NCBI GenBank assembly: GCA_028716565.1
Contig: JAQUPL010000001.1
Coordinates: forward strand, 147,545 to 211,544
From: Candidatus Omnitrophota bacterium
Lineage (GTDB): Bacteria > Omnitrophota > Gorgyraeia > Pluralincolimonadales > Pluralincolimonadaceae
Direction: 5' to 3'
DNA: 64,000 nt
The notes under the pieces are model-generated. The model was given only the letters and a program-made list of their open reading frames with translations. It searched no databases and had not been told where the DNA came from. Numbering within the stretch: position 1 is the stretch's first letter; every line of letters begins with the position of its first letter. The translations under genes and the position numbers were made by a program. Below are positions 9,647 to 19,735 of this stretch, piece by piece.

Positions 9647-11332
9647 ATGTTATTGGGCCCCGCAACGGGAAATAATTTTTTCGGCAGAGACGATATACTC
9701 GCCCTGCTTAAGAAGCGCGCCGACGGCCTGCGTTTCGGTTACCGCCAGAATGTCGCCATCATAGGGCCTTCCTATTACGGGAAGACCTCGGTCATCTACC
9801 GTTTCATAAGCACCCTCCCTTTTAAGGACACGGTCCCGGTCTATATCGAGGTCAAAAACCAGGGGTTTCCCGCCTTCGCCGAAAAGTTCATCGCCGCCTT
9901 GCTTTTCAGGTATCTCGATTTCGCGGAGTTTAAGGCGTCCGGCACCGGCGGGCTCGTCTCTCTTGCCGCGGACAGGATGCCGAAGACCGCGAAGGCCGTG
10001 AAGGCTATCGAAACGCTGATAAAAGGAGGCAAGAACCTGAAGGCCTACCGCGCCCTGTTCGAACTTCCCGCTACGGCATATTCCGAGACCGGCCTGCGGC
10101 CGATAATCATACTGGATGAATTCCACCGGATCGCGGACCTCGGCATAGAAGACGCGTTTGCCGAGCTCGGGAAGTTCATCATGCTGCAGAAAGACACGAT
10201 GTATATCGTATTATCTTCCCAGATTAACCAGGCCAAAAATATCCTCGCGGAAAAACTCTCCCTGTTATTCGGTAATTTCGAAATATACGAACTCGGGACC
10301 TTTGATATCCGGACGGCCTCGCAGTTTATAAGGGCGCGCATGGCCTGCGGGCCACTTCCGGACGAACTGGTGGATTTTCTCGTCGCGTTCAGCGACGGCC
10401 ACCCGTTCTACCTCGATTCTATCCTGTTGAGCCTGCGGGGCCGGGGCGGTAATATTACCGCGGAAAAAGACACCGATACGCTTACGGCGATGTTCATCGA
10501 GATACTCTTTGATTCGAAAGGGATATTAAACCAGCATTTTTCGGGCGTGATGACCCAGCTCGACGGCATAGACAGGCATTCAGCGGCGGTCCTGCTGGCC
10601 ATCTCCAACGGCGCGAAGAAAGTCCAGGCGATATCGCAGGCCTCCCGCGTCAGGACCACAGAGCTCTCAGCCCTGCTTGAGAAATTGATAGACGCAGGGT
10701 GGGTATCCAGGCAAGGGAAGTTTTACCTGATACGCGATAAGGTATTCGAATTGTGGCTCAGGAACGTCTACCAGATAAAGGAATACCTGCTCGACCCTTC
10801 TTACGAGCCCAAGATATCGATGTTCAGCGCCGAGGTAAAAGGGTTCATAGAGAATTTCGTGAATTCTTCCGCCAGGGATATCGACGACCTTGTCGCGGGG
10901 CTTTTCACCTCGTTCAACGGCGAATTCATGGAATTGGGAGGGAAGAGTTTCCGGCTGCCGTATTTCGGCAACACAGAGGCCCGGGCATCAAAAATAGAGG
11001 GCATTTCGTATTTGAGCCTATTTGCGGAAGGCTGTACCTGGGAACTGATAGTCGGCCGGCGCCCGGTCCGGGACAGCGATGTCATGGATTATCTCAGCCA
11101 ATGCAAAGGCAGGAAAGGCGCGGTCAAGCGGAAGATCGTCCTCTCCCTGGCAGGTATAGGCGCGAACGCCAAACTTCTCGCAAAAGAAGCGAAATGCTGG
11201 ATATGGGACCTGAAGGACCTGAATACCCTGCTCGACATGACCGGAAGGCAGAGGCTGGTCCTGCCGCAATGGGACGCTGAAGGGATAGCTGAATCGCAGA
11301 AAGATCATATTACAAACACGGAGAGCGCTTAA
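9647..11332 (+). CDS. AAA+ ATPase of the archaeal-type ATPase (PF01637-like) family with C-terminal winged-helix-like extension
   Basis: 561 aa. Walker A GPSYYGKTS, Walker B IIILDEFH. Overall FFGRDDIL...ATPase layout resembles Arch_ATPase/DUF234 proteins. Confidence 0.5.
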   Translation: MLLGPATGNNFFGRDDILALLKKRADGLRFGYRQNVAIIGPSYYGKTSVIYRFISTLPFKDTVPVYIEVKNQGFPAFAEKFIAALLFRYLDFAEFKASGTGGLVSLAADRMPKTAKAVKAIETLIKGGKNLKAYRALFELPATAYSETGLRPIIILDEFHRIADLGIEDAFAELGKFIMLQKDTMYIVLSSQINQAKNILAEKLSLLFGNFEIYELGTFDIRTASQFIRARMACGPLPDELVDFLVAFSDGHPFYLDSILLSLRGRGGNITAEKDTDTLTAMFIEILFDSKGILNQHFSGVMTQLDGIDRHSAAVLLAISNGAKKVQAISQASRVRTTELSALLEKLIDAGWVSRQGKFYLIRDKVFELWLRNVYQIKEYLLDPSYEPKISMFSAEVKGFIENFVNSSARDIDDLVAGLFTSFNGEFMELGGKSFRLPYFGNTEARASKIEGISYLSLFAEGCTWELIVGRRPVRDSDVMDYLSQCKGRKGAVKRKIVLSLAGIGANAKLLAKEAKCWIWDLKDLNTLLDMTGRQRLVLPQWDAEGIAESQKDHITNTESA

Positions 11333-11337
11333 CTGAT

Positions 11338-11823
11338 ATGAAGATACTGGTCTTGTCTGACACGCACATACCCAGGATGGCTAAAGATATCCCTAAGGCC
11401 GTCTATGAAGAAATAAAGAAGGCCGACCTGATACTGCACGCCGGAGATTTCGCGGAGATGAGTTTCCTGGAGAAATTAAGGAAGCTCAAAAAGACGGTTG
11501 CCGTATACGGGAACATGGATTCGAAGGAGTTGAGTTCCGCCCTGAAAGCGAAAGAGATTGTGGAAGCCGGCAGATTCAAGATAGGCCTTATCCACGGCTG
11601 GGGCACTCCGGACGGGTTGACCGACCGCATATTGGAAGAGTTCAAGGGCGATAAAGTGGATTGCATCGTCTTCGGCCATTCCCACCGGCCGATGAGTGAA
11701 ATGATAAAAAAGGTGTTGTTCTTGAACCCCGGCAGCCCGACCGATAAGATATTCGCCCCGTACAATTCTTACGGGATAATTGAGGTAAACAGCAAGATAA
11801 CCGCTAAGATAGTGAAACTTTGA
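11338..11823 (+). CDS. metallophosphoesterase (YfcE/MJ0936-like phosphodiesterase)
   Basis: 161 aa. MKILVLSDTHIP...GDF...GNMD...GH..GHSH calcineurin-like motifs. Confidence 0.75.
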   Translation: MKILVLSDTHIPRMAKDIPKAVYEEIKKADLILHAGDFAEMSFLEKLRKLKKTVAVYGNMDSKELSSALKAKEIVEAGRFKIGLIHGWGTPDGLTDRILEEFKGDKVDCIVFGHSHRPMSEMIKKVLFLNPGSPTDKIFAPYNSYGIIEVNSKITAKIVKL

Positions 11824-11833
11824 CGGAGGATTA

Positions 11834-12322
11834 ATGGACAGGCTTTGGGCGCCGTGGAGGACCAAATACATCACTAAGGTGAACACGATGAAGGGCTGCA
11901 TCTTCTGTTCCAAGCCCAAGACGGGAAAAGACAGGAAGAATTACATAGTAGCGCGTACCCGCCACAGCTTTTCCATCCTTAATCTCTACCCCTACAACAA
12001 CGGCCATATGATGATCGTCCCTCTCAGGCACGTTGACAGCCTCACTAAACTTAATAAAGAAGAAACGGCGGACCTCATAAGCCTCCTTAACGCGACGCAA
12101 GAACTCCTTTCGAAGACGATGCGTCCCGACGGTTTCAATATCGGCGTCAATGTCGGGAGGGCGGCCGGCGCCGGCATAAAAGATCACGTCCATATCCATA
12201 TAGTCCCGCGGTGGTTCGGGGACTCCAATTTCATGCCGGTTTCGGCTTCGACGAAAGTCATATCCGAATCTCTCGGCGCCTTGTATGACAGGCTGATAAA
12301 ATGCTCACGCGTAAAGAAATAG
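11834..12322 (+). CDS. HIT-family nucleotide hydrolase/transferase
   Basis: 162 aa. Histidine triad HVHIHIVPRW. Confidence 0.7.
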   Translation: MDRLWAPWRTKYITKVNTMKGCIFCSKPKTGKDRKNYIVARTRHSFSILNLYPYNNGHMMIVPLRHVDSLTKLNKEETADLISLLNATQELLSKTMRPDGFNIGVNVGRAAGAGIKDHVHIHIVPRWFGDSNFMPVSASTKVISESLGALYDRLIKCSRVKK

Positions 12323-13452
12323 AGGAGATAGAGTCGAAGACGCTCGCCCCTTACGCGATGAAGGCGAAGGATTCGAGGGGCAGGGAACATAAGGAAGAGG
12401 AACATCCTTATAGGACCTGCTACCAACGCGACAGGGACAGGGTGATACATTCGACCGCTTTCCGCCGCCTGGAATACAAGACGCAGGTCTTCGTAAACCA
12501 CGAGGGCGATTATTACCGGACGAGGCTGACGCACACCCTCGAGGCAGCGCAGATAGCGGTCTCGATAGCGCGCACCCTAGGCCTGAACCCCGACCTGACC
12601 GAGGCGATCGCCCTGGCCCACGATATCGGCCACCCGCCTTTCGGGCATTCCGGGGAGCAGGAACTGCATGAATTGATGAAAGGCCACGGGGGATTCGACC
12701 ACAACATACAGGGACTTCGCGTCGTGGACCTCCTCGAAGAGAGATACCCGGATTTTAAAGGCCTTAACCTTACATGGGAAGTCAGGGAAGGGATAAACAA
12801 GCATTCCACCCCGTATGACAGATCCGGCGGCCTTCCCCAGCTAGAACCCGAGAAATCGCCTACGCTTGAAGCCCAGATAGTAGACCTGGCCGATGAGATA
12901 GCATACGACAACCACGACATAGACGACGGATTGACCTCGGGCCTGATAAAGGAAGAAGAGATCCGCGATATACCTTTATGGAAGAAGATCTGCGAGGAGA
13001 TCTCCAGGGCCCACCCGTCTATGAGCAACAGCATCAGGAAATACCAGATGGTTAGGTCGCTTATAAACACGGAAGTCACGGACCTCATAAATGAATCCGG
13101 AAAAAGGATCGAGGATTTCGGGATCGCCTCCGCCGAATCGGCAAGGTCGAGGCCGGAGAGGACTATCGCTTTTTCCAAAGGATTACTTGAAGAGAGGAAA
13201 CCCCTCAAGAAATTCTTATATGATAATCTTTATATGCACAAGAGGGTAGTGAGGATGGCGGATAAATCGAAACGCTTTATCCGGGAGCTGTTCAATTATT
13301 ATATCTCGAACCCCGGGCAGCTGCCAGGGGCCGCAGGCCGGGAGGCCGTGGACAGGTACAGGGTGGTCTGCGATTATATCGCGGGGATGACCGACAGGTA
13401 CGCGCTTGACGAGTACATAAAACTATTTAACCCATACGAGAGGATGCAATGA
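12301..13452 (+). CDS. dGTP triphosphohydrolase-like HD-domain protein
   Basis: 383 aa. RTRLTHTLEAAQIA...AHDIGHPPFGHSGE HD motif and overall dGTPase-like layout. Confidence 0.8.
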   Translation: MLTRKEIEEIESKTLAPYAMKAKDSRGREHKEEEHPYRTCYQRDRDRVIHSTAFRRLEYKTQVFVNHEGDYYRTRLTHTLEAAQIAVSIARTLGLNPDLTEAIALAHDIGHPPFGHSGEQELHELMKGHGGFDHNIQGLRVVDLLEERYPDFKGLNLTWEVREGINKHSTPYDRSGGLPQLEPEKSPTLEAQIVDLADEIAYDNHDIDDGLTSGLIKEEEIRDIPLWKKICEEISRAHPSMSNSIRKYQMVRSLINTEVTDLINESGKRIEDFGIASAESARSRPERTIAFSKGLLEERKPLKKFLYDNLYMHKRVVRMADKSKRFIRELFNYYISNPGQLPGAAGREAVDRYRVVCDYIAGMTDRYALDEYIKLFNPYERMQ

Positions 13453-14159
13453 GGCACCGACTTTTATACCTGATCATATTAGTGGCCATACTTTTCGTGG
13501 TCTTCTATTCGCCGCTCACCTCATACCTGCTCAAGGATTTCATAACCTTTAAGCTCGAAAAGGCCCTCGACATGAATGTCGTCTTCGGGTCGGTGCGCGT
13601 GAAGATGCCGGCCCAGCTCACGGTATCCGACATAAAAGCGATGGACAAGGACGGCCTGGCGTTCACCGCGGAGAGGGCGTACCTGCGCCTCGACCCCGCG
13701 AAGTTTTTTAAGGCAAAATTCGTCCTCAGCTGCGATTTCCAGAATGTCGTCTTGAAGTCGGGCCCTAAAGATTCCCTTAATAAGCTCCTCAAGCCCTTCG
13801 GGGTCCCGTCGCAGAATAACTACGCGTTTGACGGGATAACCGGCGTTATAACTACCAGTAAGGGATTTATCTCGATCACTGACCTGAAAGGCGCCGGGAA
13901 GGACTTCAAATTTTCGGGCAATTTCACCAGGTTCCAGGACAAAAAGATAGATTATGAACTCGATTTCGGCATAAATAACCGCCTTGTCGCGGCGGTTCAG
14001 GAACGGGAGAGATCGCTTCTTGGGGAAGAGGAGAAAGACGGATGGTATTCGATAAAACTCTCTCTTAAAGGAGATCCCCATAAGCCTTCCAGTATCTCAT
14101 TCTCATCCGGAGGCATAAAATTTGAGGTAAAACCCGTAGATAAGCCGCTTCCAAAGTGA
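13449..14159 (+). CDS. hypothetical membrane-anchored protein (AsmA-like N-terminus, tentative)
   Basis: 236 aa. Single N-terminal TM; no catalytic motif. Confidence 0.35.
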   Translation: MRHRLLYLIILVAILFVVFYSPLTSYLLKDFITFKLEKALDMNVVFGSVRVKMPAQLTVSDIKAMDKDGLAFTAERAYLRLDPAKFFKAKFVLSCDFQNVVLKSGPKDSLNKLLKPFGVPSQNNYAFDGITGVITTSKGFISITDLKGAGKDFKFSGNFTRFQDKKIDYELDFGINNRLVAAVQERERSLLGEEEKDGWYSIKLSLKGDPHKPSSISFSSGGIKFEVKPVDKPLPK

Positions 14160-14235
14160 TATCTATGTGGTATCAAAAATCGTTTGCTTTCAAATGGCCG
14201 TTATGATAAAATTAGTCTTCCTCGGAGTGATATAG

Positions 14236-14859
14236 ATGCCGCCTTTAAATACCCAAAAACAACAGCAAGAGCTGTTTGATGAGTTTGTAGTAGTAAAGAA
14301 GACGAGGGGAAGGTTTTTCGGCGTATTGAACAAGTTCGATAAGCAGATCTTCCCGCAGTATCGTCTGGCTTTGTCTATTCGTTATGAGACGCTGTTCATA
14401 ATCCTGATCGGCGTCGCTCTTGTGGCGGCTATCATCTTTTCTCTGGGAGTGGAAAGAGGAAGGAGCTTGAACAGCGCGGACGTGGAAGCCCCGGCCCCGG
14501 TCGAACCGGTTGTCGAGGCTCCGTCTGTAAAGCCGGCGCCGCTGCCGGTTGCCGAAGCGCCAAAGACGCTTCCGAAGGCCCCGGAGCCCGTTAAAACGGT
14601 TGCCGTCAAACCGGTTGTAAGCGCCGCGGCATCGGCCGCGGATAAGCCTTTTACGATACAAGTGGCTTCATACAAGGGCCGCGACGCTGCGGAAAAAGAG
14701 CTCTCACGGGTCAAGGCCACGGGTTATACCGGCGAGATAATAAAAAAGGGCAATTATTTCATTTTGTGCGTCGGTTCATTCGCCACGAAAGATGCGGCGA
14801 AACAGACGCTTGCAGCGATGGGAAAGAAGTATAAAGGGTGCCTGGTAAGAAAACGCTAA
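14236..14859 (+). CDS. SPOR-domain peptidoglycan-binding protein
   Basis: TM anchor, Pro/Ala-rich linker, C-terminal SPOR-like domain (FTIQVASYKGRDAAEKELSRVKATGY...FILCVGSFATKDAAKQ). Confidence 0.6.
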   Translation: MPPLNTQKQQQELFDEFVVVKKTRGRFFGVLNKFDKQIFPQYRLALSIRYETLFIILIGVALVAAIIFSLGVERGRSLNSADVEAPAPVEPVVEAPSVKPAPLPVAEAPKTLPKAPEPVKTVAVKPVVSAAASAADKPFTIQVASYKGRDAAEKELSRVKATGYTGEIIKKGNYFILCVGSFATKDAAKQTLAAMGKKYKGCLVRKR

Positions 14860-14875
14860 AATGCAAGGAGAGTGA

Positions 14876-15196
14876 TTGATGTCGATCCATCCAAGTCTGC
14901 GTCCTTCCAAAGGGAAGGGCCATAGGTCGGTTTTTAAGAGGTTCGAACGTATAAAAATGCTGTCGGAAAAAGACAAGTGGAAGGAAGATCAGTCCGTATT
15001 CGGCCTTCCTAAGGTCAAGTCCGTGAAGATCAAGGTCAAAAAAGAGAAGGTCGAGAAAGTCGCGGCTGAAGGTGCCGTAGCGGCTCCAGGGTCGGCGGGA
15101 ACGGCTCCGGCCGCAGGCGCGGCCCCCGCCGGCGCGAAACCGGCGGCAGCGGCTCCGGGCAAGAAGGAGCAGGCAAAATCGAAGGAAGGGAAGTGA
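14876..15196 (+). CDS. hypothetical Lys/Ala/Pro-rich low-complexity protein
   Basis: 106-aa ORF with RBS GGAGAG 7 nt upstream; same strand and tightly spaced with neighbours. Low complexity, so weak call. Confidence 0.3.
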   Translation: MMSIHPSLRPSKGKGHRSVFKRFERIKMLSEKDKWKEDQSVFGLPKVKSVKIKVKKEKVEKVAAEGAVAAPGSAGTAPAAGAAPAGAKPAAAAPGKKEQAKSKEGK

Positions 15197-16176
15197 AACT
15201 TTCTTTTTGTGCAAGGTTTTTTCTCTGCGCTGTAGCCTGCCTTGTTTTTCCTTTTAACCTTTCATACGCGTCGAAAGGATCGCTCGAAGGCGGGCCCTTT
15301 ACCGGGACCGTCTCCGGTGACCGGGTGAATGTGAGGGCCGCCGACAGTATCTCTTCCGAGGTTGTTTGCCAGTTGAAAAAAGGGGAAGAGATAAACGTGC
15401 TGGGGCTTAAGGGCAAATGGTATAAGATAGAGCTCCCGAAGAAGGCGCTCGTCTATGTCACCAAGTCCAAGGTCTCAAAGAAAGACGGCCGGACGGTGAT
15501 CTCGGAAGACAAGATCAACGTCAGGGCCGCGGGCACCGTTTCCTCATCCATCGTCTGCCGCCTGAATAAAGGCACGGCGGTCAAGATACGCAAGGAATAC
15601 CTTGACTGGTATGAGATAGAGGCCCCCAAGGGTTCATGCGGGTGGGTATCCTCTGATTATGTCAATAGTGACGGAAACTCCGAAGTCCCGAAGCCCGCAG
15701 ACCTGCCTGAAAAATTAGCCCAGCTTGACGCTTCATACGCGGCGGAGCTTAAGAAGCCCTTACGCGAGATAGAGCTCAAGTGGATCCTCGAGAGATACCA
15801 GAAATTCGCCGCCGAATACAAAGACACTCCCGAGGAGAAAGAAGCGCTGCTTAAGGCGGAAGGGATAAAATTAAAAATGGCCGAGATAGGGCATCTAAAG
15901 GCGAAAGAGGATTACGACGCCAAGATAAAAAATATCTCCACGCCGCGGCCCGGAGAGGCGCCAATGGTCTCGGGGCTGGTCGATAATGTGGGCAAGGTCC
16001 ACGGACGCTTAAGCCAGTTTAAGATCGTCAAAGACGGCAAGTCCCTGGGCTATCTTACAAGCTCAAAGGTCGACCTTAACCGCTATATCCACCTTCCGGT
16101 GAACGTCTGGGGCATAAGGAAGGACGTGAACGGGACGGCGCTCTACGAGGCTGACGCGGTACAAATAATAGAGTAG
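15193..16176 (+). CDS. exported protein with two bacterial SH3 (SH3b) domains
   Basis: Signal peptide. Two repeats of the VNVRAA.....VVCQL.KG..V.........WYKIE pattern typical of SH3b. Confidence 0.6.
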   Translation: MKLSFCARFFLCAVACLVFPFNLSYASKGSLEGGPFTGTVSGDRVNVRAADSISSEVVCQLKKGEEINVLGLKGKWYKIELPKKALVYVTKSKVSKKDGRTVISEDKINVRAAGTVSSSIVCRLNKGTAVKIRKEYLDWYEIEAPKGSCGWVSSDYVNSDGNSEVPKPADLPEKLAQLDASYAAELKKPLREIELKWILERYQKFAAEYKDTPEEKEALLKAEGIKLKMAEIGHLKAKEDYDAKIKNISTPRPGEAPMVSGLVDNVGKVHGRLSQFKIVKDGKSLGYLTSSKVDLNRYIHLPVNVWGIRKDVNGTALYEADAVQIIE

Positions 16177-16178
16177 AG

Positions 16179-16505
16179 ATGGAATACGTAAAATTCGAAG
16201 ATTTCAAAAAACTCAACATCAGAATAGCCAAGGTCCTGAAGGTGGAAGACCATCCTAACGCCGACAAACTGTATCTCATCACCGTATCGACAGGCGAGGC
16301 GGAAAAGACGGTAGTCGCGGGCATAAAACCTTTTTATAAAAAAGAAGAACTCGAAGGGAAGTCGGTCGTCATGATAGACAACCTCGAACCGGCGACTATA
16401 CGCGGAGCCGTCTCGAACGGCATGATCCTCGCCACGAAGGACGGGGAATCGCTTGCCGTATTGATCCCCGAAAAACCCGTCAAAATAGGCAGCCCCGTTT
16501 CCTGA
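16179..16505 (+). CDS. tRNA-binding domain protein (CsaA/EMAP-like)
   Basis: 108 aa. FKKLNIRIAKVLKVEDHPNADKLY...VVAGI matches the Myf/EMAP tRNA-binding fold. Confidence 0.7.
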   Translation: MEYVKFEDFKKLNIRIAKVLKVEDHPNADKLYLITVSTGEAEKTVVAGIKPFYKKEELEGKSVVMIDNLEPATIRGAVSNGMILATKDGESLAVLIPEKPVKIGSPVS

Positions 16506-17146
16506 TGGATAGTTTTTTAGCAAATTTTGCCGTAACCGTCCTGGATCTTGTTATAATAATCCCGATATTCCTGTTTGCCATGATAATCCATGAGATCGCC
16601 CACGGATGGGTAGCTTATAAGTTAGGCGACCCGACGGCGAAATTTTCCGGAAGATTGACCCTCAACCCCGTTTCTCATATCGACCCTATCGGCACTATAT
16701 TATTACCGATCACCCTGATGATTATGGGATCGCCGGTCGTATTCGGATGGGCCAAGCCGGTCCCGATAAATTTCATGGGGCTTCGCAATCCGAAGAAAGA
16801 TATCGCGTGGGTCGGCGCAGCCGGCCCTTTAGCTAATGTCATGTTAGCCTTTGCGCTTGTGGCGGCTTACCGGCTGTTCCCTTTTTTGCATGAGCCGTTA
16901 TTAAAAGGCCTTATGTTTTACGCGATAAGCATAAACCTGATCCTGGCGGCGTTCAACCTTATACCGATCCCGCCCCTCGACGGTTCGAGGATCCTATTCA
17001 GCTTCCTGCCGCCGAGGATGGCGATGAGCTATATGAGCATAGAGCCGTACGGCTTTATGATACTCTTTGTAATGCTGTGGATGGGTTTTTTAAATTGGTT
17101 CGTTAATCCTATTTTATTTGCGCTCTCAAGGATCATAGGGTTTTAA
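16505..17146 (+). CDS. site-2 protease family (M50) intramembrane zinc metalloprotease
   Basis: 213 aa, polytopic. HEIAHGW HExxH motif in first TM, as in SpoIVFB/M50B. Confidence 0.75.
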   Translation: MDSFLANFAVTVLDLVIIIPIFLFAMIIHEIAHGWVAYKLGDPTAKFSGRLTLNPVSHIDPIGTILLPITLMIMGSPVVFGWAKPVPINFMGLRNPKKDIAWVGAAGPLANVMLAFALVAAYRLFPFLHEPLLKGLMFYAISINLILAAFNLIPIPPLDGSRILFSFLPPRMAMSYMSIEPYGFMILFVMLWMGFLNWFVNPILFALSRIIGF

Positions 17147-17177
17147 ATCTTAAAAAGGAAGGAGGTGCGTAATAACA

Positions 17178-17390
17178 ATGGCAGACGAATTGACCGGAGT
17201 GGTAAAGTGGTTCTCGAACCAGAAGGGCTACGGTTTCATAACTCCGGATAACGGGGGTAAGGATGTCTTTGTCCATCATTCTGCGATAATCGGCGAAGGT
17301 TATAAGACTTTAGCCGAGGGGCAGAAGGTGAAATTCGAGATAGCGAACACCGAAAAAGGCGATCAGGCGTCCAACGTAACGAAGATCTAA
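17178..17390 (+). CDS. cspA: cold-shock protein (CspA family)
   Basis: 70 aa. [15 protein letters not shown] and VFVHHS RNP motifs. Strong RBS AAGGAGG. Confidence 0.9.
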   Translation: MADELTGVVKWFSNQKGYGFITPDNGGKDVFVHHSAIIGEGYKTLAEGQKVKFEIANTEKGDQASNVTKI

Positions 17391-17428
17391 CTAAGCGGCT
17401 CCGTAATCATCAATCATAAGGTGATATC

Positions 17429-18520
17429 ATGGCTTCAATACCGGTCCGCCTTGGCGAGCGCAGCTATATTATCGCCATCGAAAAGACTCTTGGAAAGCTG
17501 CCGCGGGAATTAAGAAGGCTTGATCCCGGGACAGACGCGGCAGTCATCACGAATGCGAAGGTCAAGTCCCTTTTCGGAAAGAAGGTCGGAGGTTCCCTTA
17601 AGGGGTCCGGCCTCAGGGTGAAATTCCTGGTTGTCCCCGATTCGGAAAAGGCCAAGTCGCTTAAAGAGGCGATGAGGCTTTTGGCGTCGCTTTCCAGGAT
17701 GGACGGCAAAGGCAAGAGGCTGTGCGCCGTCGCGCTGGGAGGCGGAGTGGTGGGGGACCTCGGGGGTTTCGCGGCATCCGCGTATAAACGGGGGATACCG
17801 TATATCCAGGTCCCGACGACATTGCTTGCCCAAGTAGACTCATCGATCGGCGGAAAAGTAGCGGTGGACCTGCCCGAGGGCAAGAACCTAGTAGGCTCAT
17901 TCTATCAACCCAAACTCGTATACAGCAATATATCTTTCCTCAGGGACCTTTCGGGCCGCGATTTCGCCTCAGGCATGGCCGAGGTCATCAAATACGCCGT
18001 CATAAAAGACAGGGCGCTCTTCGTTTATCTCGAACGCAACAGGCGGAAGATAATAAGGCGGGACGCCGGCACGCTCCTGGAAATAGTAAAGAGGTGCGCG
18101 AAGATAAAAGCCGGGATAGTATCGAAGGACGAAAAGGAAAAGAAGTCTATAAGGACAATTTTGAATTACGGCCATACGATAGGGCATGCCGTCGAGACGG
18201 CGCACGGATATTCCGGCGCCTATTCGCACGGCGAGGCGGTAGGATTGGGGATGATAGCCGCTGCGCGCATGTCGCAGAGATTGGGGATATTCCCGGCTGC
18301 GGGCGTCTCAAGGATAGAAAGGTTGATCGGCAGTTTCGGCCTCCCGGTAAACCTGGAGAAGACCGACACGGCAAAGATCATGGGTTCCCTGTCGCGCGAT
18401 AAGAAATTCATCCGTGGAGTGAACAGGTTCGTCCTCCCGGTAAAAATAGGCAGGGTCGTAGTCAGGGAGGCGATCCCCGAACCGTTAATACGCGAAGAGA
18501 TCAAAAAATTATACCGTTGA
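17429..18520 (+). CDS. aroB: 3-dehydroquinate synthase
   Basis: 363 aa. GGGVVGDLGGFAA...IQVPTTLLAQVDSSIGGK...and His-rich metal site (HGHAVE...H). Confidence 0.9.
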   Translation: MASIPVRLGERSYIIAIEKTLGKLPRELRRLDPGTDAAVITNAKVKSLFGKKVGGSLKGSGLRVKFLVVPDSEKAKSLKEAMRLLASLSRMDGKGKRLCAVALGGGVVGDLGGFAASAYKRGIPYIQVPTTLLAQVDSSIGGKVAVDLPEGKNLVGSFYQPKLVYSNISFLRDLSGRDFASGMAEVIKYAVIKDRALFVYLERNRRKIIRRDAGTLLEIVKRCAKIKAGIVSKDEKEKKSIRTILNYGHTIGHAVETAHGYSGAYSHGEAVGLGMIAAARMSQRLGIFPAAGVSRIERLIGSFGLPVNLEKTDTAKIMGSLSRDKKFIRGVNRFVLPVKIGRVVVREAIPEPLIREEIKKLYR

Positions 18521-18529
18521 AACCCCTCC

Positions 18530-19261
18530 ATGGCAGATAAATCAAGGTCATCCGAACTTAAAAAATTTGAACGGCGGATAAAGTATGTGTTCAGGAATAA
18601 GCGGCTCCTGGCGCAAGCGCTTGTACACCGTTCATACGCTTATGAGCATGCCGGAGGGAAGGGGTCCGATAACGAGAGGCTTGAGTTCCTCGGTGACGCG
18701 GTCCTCGGGTTAGTGATAAGCGGTACTATCTTCAAACGGTTCCCGGATTTTCTCGAGGGAGAGATGACCCGGATACGGTCGGCGCTCGTAAGCCGCCCGA
18801 CGCTGGAAGGCCTGGCCAGGAAGCTCGGGCTCGGAGGGATGATCCTGCTCGGAAAAGGAGAAGCGGCGAGCGGCGGCGCCGAACAGTCGAGGAACCTTGT
18901 GGGCGCGTATGAGGCCGTGATAGGGTCCATCTATATCGACGGGGGCTTCAAAAAAGCCGGAAAATTCATCGAGGGCCAATTTAAGGCGGAATTGAAGAGG
19001 ATCTCGGAAGGCGGCACCACTAAAGATTACAAATCTGTCCTCCAGGAATATACTTCGAAAGCCTACAAGGCCACCCCAAAATATATGGTCATATCCGAAG
19101 AAGGGCCCGAGCACAGGAAACATTTCGAGGTCGCGGTCCTCTTTGGCGGGATGGCGCGCGGAAGAGGGGAAGGGAAGAACAAAAAATCGGCGGAACAGGA
19201 CGCCGCCTATAAAGCGCTTTTTAATGAGGGCTTGCTTGACAAAATGGCTGAGGAGAAGTAA
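18530..19261 (+). CDS. rnc: ribonuclease III
   Basis: 243 aa. ERLEFLGDAVL RNase III signature and C-terminal dsRBD. Confidence 0.9.
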   Translation: MADKSRSSELKKFERRIKYVFRNKRLLAQALVHRSYAYEHAGGKGSDNERLEFLGDAVLGLVISGTIFKRFPDFLEGEMTRIRSALVSRPTLEGLARKLGLGGMILLGKGEAASGGAEQSRNLVGAYEAVIGSIYIDGGFKKAGKFIEGQFKAELKRISEGGTTKDYKSVLQEYTSKAYKATPKYMVISEEGPEHRKHFEVAVLFGGMARGRGEGKNKKSAEQDAAYKALFNEGLLDKMAEEK

Positions 19262-19272
19262 AATCACATAAC

Positions 19273-19728
19273 ATGCAGATCAGACCGATACAATCCAGGG
19301 ACCAGAAGCAGGTAAAGGAGTTGATCAGCGGCATACTCTCCAAAGAGTTCGAGTATGGGCATAACGCTTATCCTTACGGCGATCTCGATTCGATAGATAA
19401 GGTCTACGGCGGAAAGAGGGAGCAATTTTTCGTGATAGAGGATAACGCCGGCATAGCCGGGACCGTCGGGATCAAGGAGGAGTCGAAAAATACCGCCATC
19501 ATAAGGCGGCTCTTTGTCAATCCTTCTTTCAGGAAGAAAGGATTCGGAGGCCTCCTTATAGACAGGGCCCTGGATTTTTGCAAAGAAAAAGGTTATCGCG
19601 AAGCGGTCTTCCACGCCGCGACAACTATGAAGAGCGCGATCAAATTGTGCAGGAGCAGGGGTTTCAAGGAGGACCAGAAGCTCGTCTCCGGCGGCATCGA
19701 CATAATAAAATTTGTAGTCACTTTCTGA
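19273..19728 (+). CDS. GNAT family N-acetyltransferase
   Basis: 151 aa. RRLFVNPSFRKKGFGGLLI acetyl-CoA binding motif (Q/RxxGxG/A). Confidence 0.75.
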   Translation: MQIRPIQSRDQKQVKELISGILSKEFEYGHNAYPYGDLDSIDKVYGGKREQFFVIEDNAGIAGTVGIKEESKNTAIIRRLFVNPSFRKKGFGGLLIDRALDFCKEKGYREAVFHAATTMKSAIKLCRSRGFKEDQKLVSGGIDIIKFVVTF

Positions 19729-19735
19729 GGCCAAA

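Noticed and set aside
10753-11280. 175-aa Arg-rich ORF in an alternative + frame inside the ATPase gene
   Set aside because: Arg/Gly/Pro-rich translation typical of an off-frame reading of GC-rich coding DNA. The ATPase frame has Walker motifs.
12513-13208. 231-aa antisense ORF within the dGTPase-like gene
   Set aside because: Ser/Pro/Arg-rich antisense artefact. The sense frame carries the HD motif.
15060-15180. Low-complexity GC-rich Ala/Pro-coding stretch (possible repeat element)
   Set aside because: It is in frame within a small Lys/Ala-rich ORF, and a similar Pro/Ala linker occurs in the SPOR protein. It is compositional, not a mobile repeat.
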